From contig NC_087245.1 in assembly GCF_037042905.1 (NCBI RefSeq), positions 11,472,001 to 11,536,000 on the forward strand: 64,000 bases of DNA, in the 5' to 3' direction. How positions within the stretch are numbered: the stretch's first letter is position 1; the number at the start of each line of letters is the position of its first letter. Made by a program: the position numbers and the translations under genes. The DNA is from Lytechinus pictus. Its lineage: Eukaryota. Under the pieces are notes generated by a model. It was not told the DNA's origin and searched no databases. It was given only the letters and a program-made list of their open reading frames with translations. Positions 1 to 13,404 of the stretch are shown piece after piece.

Positions 1-137
1 ATGTGCGAAGTTTCATGAAAAAACTGTGGACAGAAGTAACAAAAACCGTCCATGAAACAAACCCTCATTTCACTGTTGTTAAAATTTTGGCTTCCTCTCT
101 CATAGACATTGTGTACACTATGGGTGCATATGTTTAA

Positions 138-708
138 AGGGGAATCCAGCCTTGGCCATAAAATGTTGTGTTGGGAAGGAGAAAAATTAATTAAACAGAA
201 TGGTGAAAGTTTTAAAGAAATCGGACAAGCAATAAGAAAGTTATAGCTGCTTTAAAATTGAGATCACTAATACTATGTAGATTTTAAATTGGCAACTGGG
301 TAAGTAAATTATGACAAGGGGCAAGGACAACTTTCCCATAGGCCATGTACTTTATTATCAGGGATTTGTGGTTTTCTCCTAAGTACCCATTCCCCTGGGG
401 CAGTAGTCTAAACATAACCCAGGTAGTATATTGTTTTATGTCCTCATGAAAGAAAAATATAATTTGAAATAAAACTTTTACGAAAAATGACATTTTAGCC
501 ATAATATGTATTGGAGTACATGGAAGAGTAGTCCTTGCCTTACATCACTATGACATCCCATATGCGGCCAATTTGAAGTCTCCATGGGTATAGTGATTAC
601 CAATATTTACAACTTTTAACAATTCATAACTTTCTTGTTGTTTGTCCAATATTGTTCAAACTTTCACCTATCAACTTGTCTGATTTTTTGTTTGGGTTGG
701 ATTCCCCT
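138..708. mobile_element. Non-autonomous DNA transposon (MITE), Kolobok-like
   Basis: TIRs AGGGGAATCCA...TGGATTCCCCT, flanked by TTAA (134-137) and degenerate CTAA (709-712). Subterminal inverted similarity; no coding capacity. Confidence 0.65.
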
Positions 709-1628
709 CTAAGAATAAGTAACCCCTTATTCAATATGGTGGAACTTTTTTTCAAGGCTGTCTTTAGCAATGTCATTTGGCAGTAATGTTTATCGACCTA
801 TGGGCAGAATTCTGTGCAAAAAATAAAATTGATCTGTTCATTTATGGATGAGTGAGCACGTATCAAAGTGGGAAAAGGGACATTTTCAATGTCACAGACT
901 CATTTTGAAGGGTATTTAAGTGAATAATAGGGCCAAATTCGTTTTCAAATGTGACTTAATTGCTGTTCTTTTTATCATCCATCATTTATATCACCACACA
1001 CTTTCCGAACTTTCAACATTTTCATGGTTGAGCGAGCACATTCGAAAAACTTGGGAATGAACACTCTTTATACTGCATAAATGTATTCTTTTCCGAACGA
1101 TTTCTCAGGATCAGTTGAATTTATGGACAAATCAGTGGTGGATCCAGAATTTTGAAATGGGGAGGGGCCGAATAATTGGGGGAGCCACCAACTTTTTCCC
1201 ATTTTAACATGCTTTAAAAGTTGAAGAGGATACTACCATAAACCCCTATGATGATACGTCACAATACATTGTGCTCACTCAACCATTAACATATACGATA
1301 TCAAAATTGTGTGTGGAGTGGCTAAATGATGGATAGTAAAACAGCATTAACACCATGAAGTTTACCTAAAAACAACATTTGCCCAACTTTGTATTAAACA
1401 ATCTGAAAAACGACTATTGTGACTTTCAAAAATTGTCATTTTTAATTCAATCTTTGATTACTCATGCATGACTCAACCGATCAATCTCATATTTCTTCAG
1501 GAGTTGCTTAATGAGTGTAGAAAATCACCTACGAAATATCATATCTCAAAATTATTCCGTTCAAAAGTTAAAGCAATTTGATTTAGGGGGATCTTCTTTT
1601 TTGTTGTGTATATAATCAAGAAAAAACA

Positions 1629-1765
1629 ATGATAATGATAAATAAAGGTGATGAAGATGATGATGATGATAATGATGATGATGATGATGATGACGATGGT
1701 GTTGGTGATGATGGTGGTGATGGTGGTGGTGGTAGTGGTAGTGGTGGAAATGATGATGATGATGA
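1629..1765. repeat. Compound (GAT)n/(GGT)n microsatellite
   Basis: Directly visible trinucleotide runs. These explain the spurious poly-D/G and poly-I/T ORFs. Confidence 0.9.
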
Positions 1766-3258
1766 AAAAGGAATAATACAACACGATTATGACACAGGAA
1801 AGTTTTACTTTACATATATTGATAGTAACATGACCTTAATTGAACATATCAAAATGCGTATAAAGTTTGAACCATATTTCAGAGATTGCAGTGAAATTAA
1901 AATCATAGTAAATAGATGACAAAAGTACCTGAATCTCATGAAAATTCTTTGGAAAGCATCTCTCATTCAGATGTAACAAAGAAATGTTTGTTTGTATATT
2001 CATATTGACTGTTAAAACATCACGATAATCATATTGACAGTTTCATGTTAAGCATTAAAATCTCCATCAGATAAGATATTTCAAACAAATTTTAAGTTTG
2101 TATGATTATGACAGATTCACACTCTATTGATTTATGCGAGGGTGTACACACGTTTTAGAAGAAACTCTGTCAATACTGGAGAATGACAACATTAAAATGT
2201 TATTATTCATATTTTGTCGATCGGTTCAATGAATCTTTTGTTGCCTTTGTACTTTGCAGCACATTAGATTTTCCCTTTCTGTGTGTGTCTCCGAAATATT
2301 CTTTTCTTTCCGTTCTTATTCTATCTCGCCCATGCAATTATTTTTCTGGTCACGCACACCTTTATAGTACAAGTCATGTTTGATAATGCAAAATGAACCA
2401 CCTACAACTGCGGGAAGTGCTTTCTCTATCTTCACCTAATCAAATATCTTCTGCTTTAACCAGCTGCTAATTTCTATACCATGTAAGTACCCATGGAAGA
2501 AATGCCAATTAATTATTTGACTCTTAGTTAAAGGAGAACTGGTAAGCACTTTGTGAAGCAAATGGTAGGCCCTTGTTTTGAGCCAATCAGATGCACTGGC
2601 ATTGATTTAGTAACTTATATTTAACAGTTGTTAGTGAAATTCACCCTCTAATTGCTTTTGTATTTCTAACTGGATTGGCTGATGTATAACTAAAAAAAAT
2701 CGATCAAGAAATTTACTTCAAATTAAATGTATCATTCCAAATTGGCATCAATTCATTTTATCATGTCTCTCGGTGTGTTGTAGGTTGGTCATGATTTTAC
2801 TCTGAACATTATAAACAAAACAAAGTAATATATCTCGTATCTACATTTAATCTACAACTGACACCGGAATAATATTGGGTGAATCAATACATCAATATAG
2901 CCAACAATGAGAGCTTGGAAGTCATGATAATGAGGAAATGAACGAGCATAGATACTCGGACCAATCTAACGAAGACATGTCATCTGATCATTCTCTTATT
3001 GATTTTTTTATTATTAAAACGTTTACGTGGTTATTATGAGATATGTGTCATGATGTATTAATGTCATACTAATCATAGCAAAAGATTAATGAAAAATGAA
3101 AAAGAAATGAACAGCTAGAAAATTCACCTCGACCTATATATGTTTCTATAGACTGCTAGATATTGCTCGAGGCTGCTCAGACAATCATGTCAAAATTGAT
3201 ATGAAAGAAATATCTTCTAATCACCTCCTCCCAGCCGCAGAGCAATAACAGTTTATTC

Positions 3259-3522
3259 CAGGGAAGGATCCAGGATTTCCATTAAGGGTGGGGGACTTTT
3301 ATGGTGATTTATGTCAGGAAAACTTGGACAGGCCAAAAAAAAAGGGTTTTCACTACCAAATGTAGCCTACGTCTTTTTGTTCCAGGAAAAATAAGACAAG
3401 TAAAAAAAAAAAAGGGGGGGGGGGTCCTACGGTGTGTATAAACAAATTGTTATGCCTCTCAAAAAGGGCGGGGCGGGGGGGGGGGCACGGGTCGAATGTG
3501 CCCCTATCTGGATCAGCCACTG
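3259..3522. mobile_element. hAT-like MITE
   Basis: Imperfect TIRs CAGGGAAGGATCCAG...CTGGATCAGCCACTG and a perfect 8-bp TSD GTTTATTC (3251-3258, 3523-3530). Confidence 0.8.
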
Positions 3523-3730
3523 GTTTATTCGTTTTTATTTTCGTGTAGAGAATCGTAAACTATTTTGACCAACCAAAAAAATAGATCATTTACAACTGTA
3601 AAATGATTGTAAAATTTGCAATTATCTACAAATTAAATGACAGTGCCATGTTTCACGGAGACATAAAAGGTGTTTTTCTGGTTAGGGATGTGGTTGTTTT
3701 TTTGTTGGAGGCGGTATTAGTGATGGAGGA

Positions 3731-3787
3731 GTGTGTGCGCACACGCGTGAGTGAGGTGTGAGGGTGCGTGTGTGTGTGTGTGTGTGT
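3731..3787. repeat. (GT)n microsatellite, imperfect
   Basis: Visible GT dinucleotide run. Confidence 0.8.
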
Positions 3788-4582
3788 AGGCGGATCGATG
3801 TCATAACACTGAGCACCCTGGTTACAGCCTTTTATAATTATTTTCGTGATATTCGTTGATTAATATTTGTTAATAAATTTCATACATGTTAATTCTGAAC
3901 AGTAGCGTACGCAGGATATTTGAAAGGGGGGTTGAAGCTGAATAAAATGTTGACAAGCAAAAAAAAAGTCTTTACCAAACATTTAGGGAGGGGGGTTGTG
4001 GGTATCAAAACAATTAGAGAAGGGGGGGTAATCTGAGAAGGATATTAATACAAGACAAATAATTCACTCTGATCTAATCTTACTGAAATCAAACAACTTA
4101 AACAAAACAAAAAACAAAACCAGAAAACATCTGCATGTACCTGTGGTATAAGGTATCCATGGTATCGGTTCCATTTGCATTGCAATCTACCCGTCAATGT
4201 ATTTGATTCTTTTCGTTGTTGCGTTCATATGTATTATTCTCTTTCAAGTTGTTTGTTATTGATCATGTATTTTCATTAAGTAATTCTTATATTATGATTG
4301 TAATAGATTCCTTTTTCATATTTGTATAAATTGCACTTTGAAACATTAGTCTAAAACGCTTTATGATTTAGAATGTTATCATTATCATGTTACAAACCCT
4401 ATACCTATGCCTATTTTGCAATGAAAACATTACTTGAAATTAAGGGGAATAAAAAAGAGAACCCAACAAAAATCAATCCCTCAACTGCCGCCACACAATA
4501 GGTCCATGCTTACAGTGAAGGATATTTGAACTAATAATGCATATCTCTCATTGTTATTTTTTAGAACTTGATACAAAAGAAG

Positions 4583-5908
4583 ATGGATGACGACATACTA
4601 AATGAAGGTATAACTTCAACAACTCAAACGAAGACAAAAGTCATGAACGGGAGTAGGAATTCGGATCTCTTCGTGTTTGAAGATTACAACCAACGCATTG
4701 CTACAGCCACCATCCTTTGTATCGTCTTTGTGGTTGGATCCATCGGCAACACTCTCGTTATCATTGCCGTAATCCTTTCTCGTAAACTCCGTACATCCAC
4801 CAACTGGTTCGTTGTCAACCTGGGTTGCTCAGACCTTCTAACATGCCTCTCTCTACCTTTTCATATTGTCGCCTTACTTAGCCGTGACGGTTGGCCTCTG
4901 GCTGGTTGGATCTGTGCTGCCAATTCTGTTGTGAGTCTGATATGTGTAGGCGCAAGCGTCATGACGTTATCTCTCATTGCCTATAACCGCTGGTTCTTGC
5001 TGACTAAAATAATTGGAAGCTTCCAGAAGCTCTACACAACTCGGAACATATGCTTGATGGTACTCAGTGCTTGGCTTTACCCAGCTCTTTTGGTCCTGGT
5101 GCCTCACTTTGCAGGGTTGGGTCGACTGGGATATTCTTACGAGTACAAAACATGCTCACAAGATACATCACTTCCTAACTCGGACCTATATAGCCTCATA
5201 GCAGGGGCAGGTGGCATTATTCCTGTATTCATTGCCATAGTTGTGATTTACATTCGGATCTATCTCTTCGTTACCAAACAGAGAAAAAATATGAACCAGC
5301 TCAAAAAGGCAGGCATACCCGAGTCTCAAAATGTTCAAACAGAAATGAGCTCATCGGAAGTTTCATCGGTTGCACAAAGCAACCTCTCACCCGACAATGC
5401 AACCAAACAAAGCTGTTCGACATTGAACATGGACATATCACAAACAACAGAGAAAGGCCTGGACGAATCATCTGGGGATGACAAAGCAATAGCCAATGAA
5501 GAGAATTTCCAAAAGAAATCATCACCTGAAATTCCTAGAGATCTTTCAAAGCGGTCTCCAGAAGAACCGAAAGTTAATCAGAAGCGTCCAAGATTCTTTA
5601 AGCCAAAGGCATCTGAAAACAAGACACAACCACGACTGAACAAATACAATGTCACGGTAACGAAAAGACTTGCCATCGTTGTTTTAGCCTTCTTCATTTG
5701 CCTTCTCCCGTTCGGTGTAAGCGTTGTTGTTCCTCCAAGCGATCCTGGTATCCCTTGGACTGGTTTGATGCTGTCATTAAATAGTTGCATCAACCCTTTG
5801 ATTTACGCCAGAACAATGCCAGATTTCCGCAAGGTGATGCTGGCCATCATTCGTTGTCGCCTTAAAAACATACCCGATCCAATTGCATGCTTAAGTCGAT
5901 TTCGTTAA
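4583..5908 (+). CDS. Class A (rhodopsin-family) orphan GPCR, moody/Tre1/GPR84/melatonin-receptor-like; single coding exon, 441 aa
   Basis: Seven hydrophobic segments with GN (TM1), NLGCSD (TM2), AYNRW (DRY position), W-P (TM4), CLLPF (TM6) and NPLIY (TM7). First ATG is at 4583 (the ORF track starts at a TTG) and follows a polypyrimidine-AG acceptor ending at 4564. The subfamily call is less certain than the GPCR call. Confidence 0.92.
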   Translation: MDDDILNEGITSTTQTKTKVMNGSRNSDLFVFEDYNQRIATATILCIVFVVGSIGNTLVIIAVILSRKLRTSTNWFVVNLGCSDLLTCLSLPFHIVALLSRDGWPLAGWICAANSVVSLICVGASVMTLSLIAYNRWFLLTKIIGSFQKLYTTRNICLMVLSAWLYPALLVLVPHFAGLGRLGYSYEYKTCSQDTSLPNSDLYSLIAGAGGIIPVFIAIVVIYIRIYLFVTKQRKNMNQLKKAGIPESQNVQTEMSSSEVSSVAQSNLSPDNATKQSCSTLNMDISQTTEKGLDESSGDDKAIANEENFQKKSSPEIPRDLSKRSPEEPKVNQKRPRFFKPKASENKTQPRLNKYNVTVTKRLAIVVLAFFICLLPFGVSVVVPPSDPGIPWTGLMLSLNSCINPLIYARTMPDFRKVMLAIIRCRLKNIPDPIACLSRFR

Positions 5909-6297
5909 TATGGTTAGATCGGGTGCCTATAAAGTTGGTTGCTCAAGTGTATCACTTTTTCAGACAATTTAGTGGTCATCTTTATCATAGCCAAAGAATT
6001 GTAATTATTTTCCAAAGATAGAATGATATTTCATTCCGGTATATATTGTCTTTCACGGTTAGACCATGTACTTTTGGCCATTTTCCTAAAGTGGTTGCTT
6101 CTATGTATTCATATCCGCGTGTGTATACTGTAGAAGGAAAGAGAGTCAAGAAGTCAGTCAGAACCTGTATCATCGGTTATGTCAAATGTCTTCAGATCTT
6201 AAAGACAGACCATAGCTGGTGAGGCATTGACATGATCAATTAGCGAGTTTCATTCAGCGATCGACGTACGGGCATATAATATGGCAAACCCTTTTAA

Positions 6298-6830
6298 AGG
6301 GGGTTCTCCAGTTGAAAAATAATATGATTTGAACATAAAGATAAATCAGACAAATCTAGACTAATTCATTGAACACTTCAATAGGAACAACTTAATAGGA
6401 AGGATTACTGTAATAGTTTTATCTTGTTTTAAATAGATACTTAAGGCTGAAAATAATATGGCTTCAACAGAGAAAGAAAAGTCAGACAAATAAAATACTG
6501 AAAATTTCATCAAAATTGGACAAGGAATAGACATCTTAAAGATTTGCATTATTTCGGTGAAACAGTCTACACATGGTCTATGCATGTCTTCATTAATATT
6601 CAAAGAGCAAATTAACAGTGTCACATCCCCACTTGTTTTTTTTTGTTGTGTTTATTCAAATTTTGTCTTCCAAAGAATTAAAACATTTGGATTGACAACT
6701 GATTTAAAGTGGTACTCCAGGCTGAAAATAATATGATTTGAACAAAAACGAAAATAATATGATTTGAACAAAAACGAAAAATCAGACAAATACAACACTG
6801 AAAATGTCATCAAAATCGGACAAGGAGTAA
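6298..6830 (+). mobile_element. Tandem truncated left-end fragments of the Kolobok-like family seen intact at 17294-17835
   Basis: TTAAAGGGGGTTCTCCAGTTGAAAA (~6294) and TTAAAGTGGTACTCCAGGCTGAAAATAAT (~6704), plus repeated AAATCAGACAAA...CTGAAAATTTCATCAAAATCGGACAAG blocks. Confidence 0.5.
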
Positions 6831-8289
6831 GTGCCGCATATCAAGAGTGACATTGTGAGAAAGTACAGGAGTTTAGCATTGTGGTGATATAGATATCTTT
6901 GAGGCTTAAAATAAAAATTTGCACAATTTACAGAAGAAAACAGAGGGAGAAAATTCAGTTCTGGGGCACATTTTCAGGCCTGAAATTTACTTATTTATCA
7001 AAATGTTTTTAAAAATATAAATAACCAATATGAAAGAGAAACATTTCCTCTATCCGATTGTGCAATGATATTTAATTTGACTTGATGATAAAGTAGGTTA
7101 ATTCTTAGAGAAAGAAAATCTCACTGTTCACGAGATTTTGCAGGAAGGAGGATTCAGCCGCGAGAGGATTTGGATGACTTTGGCCTATTTGCTCCTAAGC
7201 ATAGGGACCTGCGGTATGACTGATAATGGGCGCTAAATTTAATTTAATTTCCGGAATATGCCATTTTTAAATTATGATGGGTTAAATATGTTTAATGACT
7301 ACTACGCTTATATAAATTTGATGATATAAGAGTATAATTCACATTCTTTACCCTTTACCAAATCTAAAGAGGGGCTTTACTTGGAGCCCATGATTTCATT
7401 TTTTTGTATTAGTAATTATTATTTTGTACTTGTGAAGTTATGTAACTTACACATGTAATCAAATCAATTGTTTATATTCATTGTGAATATGTGTCATTCA
7501 AACATTTTTCTTTTTTATTTCGATGTTGTGTATAGAGGACATTGGTTTCCCCTTAAAACTTCAAATTCAGTATAGCTTATTGGGAAAGCAATATAGTCTA
7601 AATCTGCATGAAACTATCTATCTTCTTATGTCTTATGATATACCATATATCAATTATTGCAACCTTATCTGGGGAAATTGTATTAAAACAAATTAACTCG
7701 ACCATTTATTTGTATTACAAAAGAAAGCTGTTAGGGTCTGCCCTTAATCAGCATATCTGTCACACACTGATCCTCTTTTTATCAACCAAAAACATACAAG
7801 ATAAATGATATAATTACTATACAAAGAACTATTTTCATGTTTAAATATTACTACAAAATGCTTCCTCTCGTGATTACAGACTTCTTTTCTTATAATAACA
7901 ACTTGCATTCATATCCAACACGAACTTAACACAACATTCACTTAAATAATCCGAGGACACCATTAACATATAAAATTTAATTTTGAATGAAATAAATTGA
8001 AATTGAATTGAAAAAAAAAACGCTCAGACATCATGGGCCTGATATTTGGAATACTTTTCCAGACTCACTCAAACAGACGAGATTCATTCATCACTTTAAA
8101 AAGTTATCGAAAACTTACTACTTAATTAAGTAGTAATGAATTACTACTTAATAATGTAAACGAAGCTTGGGAGACTTGGGAGAATATGTTCTCTGTAGCT
8201 CACAGTAGACATGCACCGTACTCAATATTTCGATGTAGCAATATACGTAATGCACCAGGGGTTACCAGCTAGAGCAATACTCAAACTCG

Positions 8290-9610
8290 GAAGGCAGAGA
8301 TATATATTGCGTACAAAAGTCCCCAAAAGTGGCAAGTTTGAACATTAGAAAGCTGTCAAAAAGGCACGGAATGCTGTAAATAACAATGATGACTAAATGC
8401 ACGAAGAGGCAATATTATTCAAATGGAATAAAATAAAATAACGGCAATCCAACAAAATTGTGGGAAATAACAAAAGAAGCGCTATCTATGTCGAACGTCG
8501 AAGAACTTTACCGATACAACATACTAATTAACTTTTGGCAGATGAGTTTACTAAATACTTTGTTCATATTGGAAAGAAATTTGATTTATGGATGACGAAA
8601 TCGATCATTCGATATTTGATGACGATCTTGAAAATCTAGGGGATAATTTTACTTTTGAACCACTAGTGAGCATGACATGCAAAAGGTAATAAAAGCTATG
8701 AAATCTGCTAAAGCCACAGGAATCGATGGAATATCACCCAGGCTTCTAAAATCTGCATGTCCTATTATTTTGAAATCACTGACTGCTGCTCAATAGCCAG
8801 ATATGCAAATGAAATTCTCACTGTTCGTAAAGAAATGATATATTCAAGAAATAATATTTGACTTCCACCAATTTTTTTTTCAATGAGGTGCTATTCATAC
8901 CTGTAATGTTAAGTTTACTTTGTGAATACCTTATGATTTCCTTTGTATGTGACTTTTATACATTTTGATGCCATCACTCATATGCCTTCTTAGGCCGGCC
9001 GTCGGTTTTGACGGGTGTGATTTTTAAATAAAGAATAAACTAAACTATAAATGCTTTGTTAGCTACATGTTTCCTGATAAATGGAAAATAGCAAAAGTTT
9101 CTCCAGTTTATAAGTGTGGTGAACAAGAAGACATCGGAAACTACAGACCTATATCTGTCGTTCATGCTGTATCCAAAATATGAGAAAGAGCAGTTCATAA
9201 TTAACTCTACAAATTTCCCCAAAGAAAGTAAATATTGTTACGAGAGCAATCTGGTTATTAGACCGCATCACTCAACCCAAACTGAAGTGATATATGTTAC
9301 TGATCACATTCTTAGAGTCATATGAACGACGGATTCGTCACTGGAGCAATTTTTGTTGATCTGAAAAAGGCATTTGACACAGTTGACCGTCATAATATTA
9401 GAAAAATTATATCATGCTGGTGTCAAAGGACGTGAGATGCAGTGGTTTAGATCGTATTCCGAAAAGAGAGCACAATTATTAACTAAAAATCATGAAAATA
9501 GATGATTGTATGTCTTCATTTGTCCGTCCGGTTACCATTGGAGTGCCCCAAGGCTCAATATTAGGGCCGTTAATGTTTGTAATTTACATCAATAGTTTAC
9601 CACTGGCTTT
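8290..9610 (+). mobile_element. Degraded non-LTR retrotransposon (CR1/L2-group RT remnant)
   Basis: Broken reading frames translate to KATGIDGISPRLLK (~8710), FPDKWKIAKVSPVYK and NYRPISV (~9070-9160), FVDLKKAFDTVD (~9350) and GVPQGSILGPLMFVIYIN (~9540). Confidence 0.85.
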
Positions 9611-10458
9611 TACTGATCTCGAACGCAAAGTACATATATATGCATTGCTTATAAATGTTGTGATTTAACATGTTGAATAATTATACATACATTTTTTAAG
9701 ATATGAGCTAACAATTTTCAAGCATTGACTAAAGTTTCGTCTAAACTTTGATTAATTTAATCGACGTCACACCAATGATAAGTATTTGATGAATTCAAAA
9801 CCTGATTTGCTGTCACCGGTTCGTTGGTGTAATTATTTGTTGTCATATTCTACTTTCTGTTGGTTTGATACTGCCCATATGTTTCCCTAAACTTCTATTA
9901 CATCCAGGCATTTAATCAGATTCAATTTGAAAGCTATAATAATTGACAATAATTCGTGTCTTTGTATTTACTTTTCAATTTATTTGGTTGTTCCTCAGAG
10001 TTCAAATAAAGCATATCTTTTGAAATATCCACCAGCGTATGTGTTCTTCAAAATTGATGTTTGTATTTAGGATGATCTCAATGTACTACACTCAATCTTG
10101 ATAATAGGAGTTGCGACTGTTCGATATACCTATCAGCCTCATCCCTTATAATTTATGCTTATAGTTTATCTCTTATAGGCCTAAATAAATTATTTTGAAA
10201 ATCATTCAAGATTGACAATTGTTGATTGAGGTGACGTTGAATAATGGCCAGGAGAGCTCCGAAGAATTCCCTAATCGATGTAAGTATAGGTCTTTTAGTT
10301 TTTGGTATATATGCCTACGACTTTGCATGAATGACTGACTACGAGGCAATCACCAGAAAGTCGTAAAATCTCAGTTGCGCCAAGTTGCTGGGTGAAGAAT
10401 CAAACAAAGTGTGAAAAAGGTAATTGTGTGAACACAAGACACCTATATGCCCATTATT

Positions 10459-10635
10459 CCACCCACACACACAAACCCATACACCCCCTCACACCTCCAC
10501 ACCTACACATAACCTTTCTCGCACACACACACACATCAACCCAAACACACATACCGACTTAACCACCCACACATAAACAACACATCACATCTCCCATAAA
10601 CCCCCAAACACCACCACCCACACATGTCCACACAT
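10459..10635. repeat. CA-rich low-complexity tract
   Basis: Degenerate (CA)n/(CCA)n. Confidence 0.8.
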
Positions 10636-10735
10636 TTGTGAAGGGCCCAAAATAAGTAACTGCTTCCAAATCAGGCAAGCAATTTTGAAATTAAACAATT
10701 GATTAACGAAAGAATAACCAATGACATATCTCGTT

Positions 10736-10860
10736 TTAGACCGCATCACTCAACCCAAACTGAAGTGATACATGTTAATGACCACATTCTTAGAGGCATG
10801 AACGACGGATTCGTCACTGGAGCAATTTTTGTTGATCTGAAGAAGGCATTTGACACAGTT
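10736..10860 (+). mobile_element. Short second copy of the LINE RT segment at 9257-9384
   Basis: Near-identical direct copy encoding FRPHHSTQT...FVDLKKAFDTV. Confidence 0.85.
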
Positions 10861-12009
10861 TTGGGGTATTCAAAAATAAGGCTGTTCGTAAGCATGACTC
10901 TAACATGCACTTTATTTATTTCGCTGTATATAGTCTGTTTTTCTCTCCCCTTTCCTTTCGAGGGCTCCTTTAATTTCAAGCTCCATGCAAGCTTAAGATG
11001 GAGGTCTCCCACATTTTAATTTTCGATATTCTATGTATTTTTTTATAGTTTATATACATGTTTCAACATTTTCAAGAGAAAATTGTCCATGTATAATTTA
11101 TATCTGACTTAGAACGAATCTTAATCATTATGTTATCATTATGTTTATTGTTATGAAATGCTGAAAAATTATTATATTTATATTATATGTTCTAGGTCCT
11201 AAATCAGATTTCCAATGAAGTTTAATTCCCGTGAAGCTAAATATGATATTTTGTAAATTAAAATCTACATCTGAAGGACAATCTAGTTTTGTCGATTTAT
11301 GCTCCATATCATAGGTCTACAAAAGAAAATGATATTCTCTGTACAATCAAAAGGAGATCATATTGTATAGGCCGCGGAACGGTTTTGAAAGTGGGTGGCT
11401 GATCATGCCAACATATTGTATTTTTTACGTTTTTGTGCATGTTTATTGACAAATGTTAACTACTTTTTATTTTCATCAGCCACTATACCATCACAATTAT
11501 CAATAGATAAATCAACCACGATACTCTTCAACTCAAGAACGAGGCTAATCATAAACTATCATAGGTATTTGCGTCATTGAAATTGAAATATCAGCCGATA
11601 TTTGTTTTGCCTAAACACTATGATTCAGTGCATCATAAACTTTACATAAATCTGTGCCAGGCACAGTATCTAATGGACATTGTTTCGTATGATAAAAAAC
11701 ATTAGTTTGTTAATTGGAATGAAGTAATTCATTATCTATTCAGTTATTTATTTTCTTTATTCATTCATCATTTATTTCGTTATACTACCAATAGACACAA
11801 CATTATTGATGTCTGTTTGAAATTATTACAAAATATTAGAATACTGTAAATTCAAAATTGTAGTGCATGTCGCCAATGTTTGGGATTTTGAGACTATAAC
11901 ATGACATTACCTAGGAAATTGTGCAAATTTAGATTTCTTAATTAAAAACCCTTCACTTAAAAGGATTTTTTTCTTTCTTTTACCGCTACGCACATAAAGA
12001 TTATCTGAA

Positions 12010-13404
12010 CTAACGTCTTAAAAATCGGGCGAATTCTGTTGGGTCTTTAATATTATAGAAACGGCATCGTGCTATGCACCCCATGACATCGCGGAAAGAC
12101 CTCATGGTCCAGGCATAGATGATCGGATTGACGCAACTATTGAAAAAGAGCAGAAGATAATTCCAAGGTACGGCCGGTCTACTTGGAGGAACTAATGTCC
12201 CTATGCCAAAAGGAAGAGTGCAAACGACGAAAACGACGACGATAATGGCTAGTTTCTTGGTTATTTTCACCGTTTTTATGTTCATATTTTGTCTCTTGTT
12301 CTCCATGGGCAGGATGTGACTTTTGTTGTGCAACCCTTTCTGTCCGGGTGACTTATGTAGCAATCCTTGCTGAACCTGCTCTAATGAAAGGTTTGTACAT
12401 GGTGTAACTCGGTGTAATTTCAAAGCGATTGCTGGTGCGCCAGTAGATGTAGGTGCGCTGGCTAAATTCTTGTTACACAGGTTCTTGTTTTGTAAATCAA
12501 ATGGAACTTCCAGAGATGGGCCACTCTGTAATCGCGCTGGTGAAGAGTCTTGCCGACTTACAAATACTGGAATGTTCTTTTCACCAGGATCTATCCAAGA
12601 CAATGAACTATCGGGTGGAGGGATGGAAATGTTAGATCCTTTAAACCCTCTATTAACAAGAACCGTGCTGTTGCTATGGTCTGAAATATCTTTACCCATC
12701 GTAGATTGTATAGTTTCCTCATGTTTGGTCACAAGACGGTATATTCTGATATAGATTACAAAAAGTGCTACAAAAGCTGGAAGGATTACCAAAAGTCCAC
12801 CCATCATGCTGTAGTAATCTGCATATTTACTTCCAGTGTCCAGAGCACATATTTTATATTCTTCAGAGTATCCAATAGATATGAACCCGCTGAAATGAGG
12901 GGCCAGAATAAGAACAAAAGGGTACAACCATGAGAATACAATCATCAAACCCATTTTTCTTGGGGTATACAACTTCTGGAATATCTCTTTTGATCTTCCC
13001 AGCAAGTACCAACGATTGAAAGCAATGAAGGCAAGTGTCAGTACACTCGCTGATATACAGTTCAAGACAACTGTGGAGACAAGGGCGCAGATCCAACCCG
13101 GTAGAGGCCAGCCGGACATACTGAACATGGCAACCGCGTTAAATGGTAGGCTTAAGCACGAGAGTAAATCAGCAACGGCTAGGTTTCCGATAAAGCAGTT
13201 GGTGGCACTTCTTAGTTTCCTAGAGAGAGCTATTGATGAGATTATAAGCAAGTTTCCTATGGCGCCCACGATAGATATCACGACAAAGAGTGTACCAATA
13301 ATGATTCGAAGCACTGGGTTTTCTAGAACGTATAGTCGTCCATCACTGCCACCTTCAGCTGCAAGACTTGAGCTATTCTGATGAGGGGGAATAGTACTTG
13401 CCAT
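12010..13404 (-). CDS. Class A orphan GPCR, paralogue of 4583-5908; single coding exon, 464 aa
   Basis: GN, LSRKLR, NLAVAD, AFNRW, W-YP, CTLPF and NPIIY motifs. First ATG is at 13404 (MASTIPP), with a likely splice acceptor at about 13468. Confidence 0.92.
   Translation of the reverse strand: MASTIPPHQNSSSLAAEGGSDGRLYVLENPVLRIIIGTLFVVISIVGAIGNLLIISSIALSRKLRSATNCFIGNLAVADLLSCLSLPFNAVAMFSMSGWPLPGWICALVSTVVLNCISASVLTLAFIAFNRWYLLGRSKEIFQKLYTPRKMGLMIVFSWLYPFVLILAPHFSGFISIGYSEEYKICALDTGSKYADYYSMMGGLLVILPAFVALFVIYIRIYRLVTKHEETIQSTMGKDISDHSNSTVLVNRGFKGSNISIPPPDSSLSWIDPGEKNIPVFVSRQDSSPARLQSGPSLEVPFDLQNKNLCNKNLASAPTSTGAPAIALKLHRVTPCTNLSLEQVQQGLLHKSPGQKGLHNKSHILPMENKRQNMNIKTVKITKKLAIIVVVFVVCTLPFGIGTLVPPSRPAVPWNYLLLFFNSCVNPIIYAWTMRSFRDVMGCIARCRFYNIKDPTEFARFLRR

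Noticed and set aside
1539..1919. Acidic Asp/Gly-rich ORF and its antisense ORF
   Set aside because: These are translations of a GAT/GGT microsatellite.
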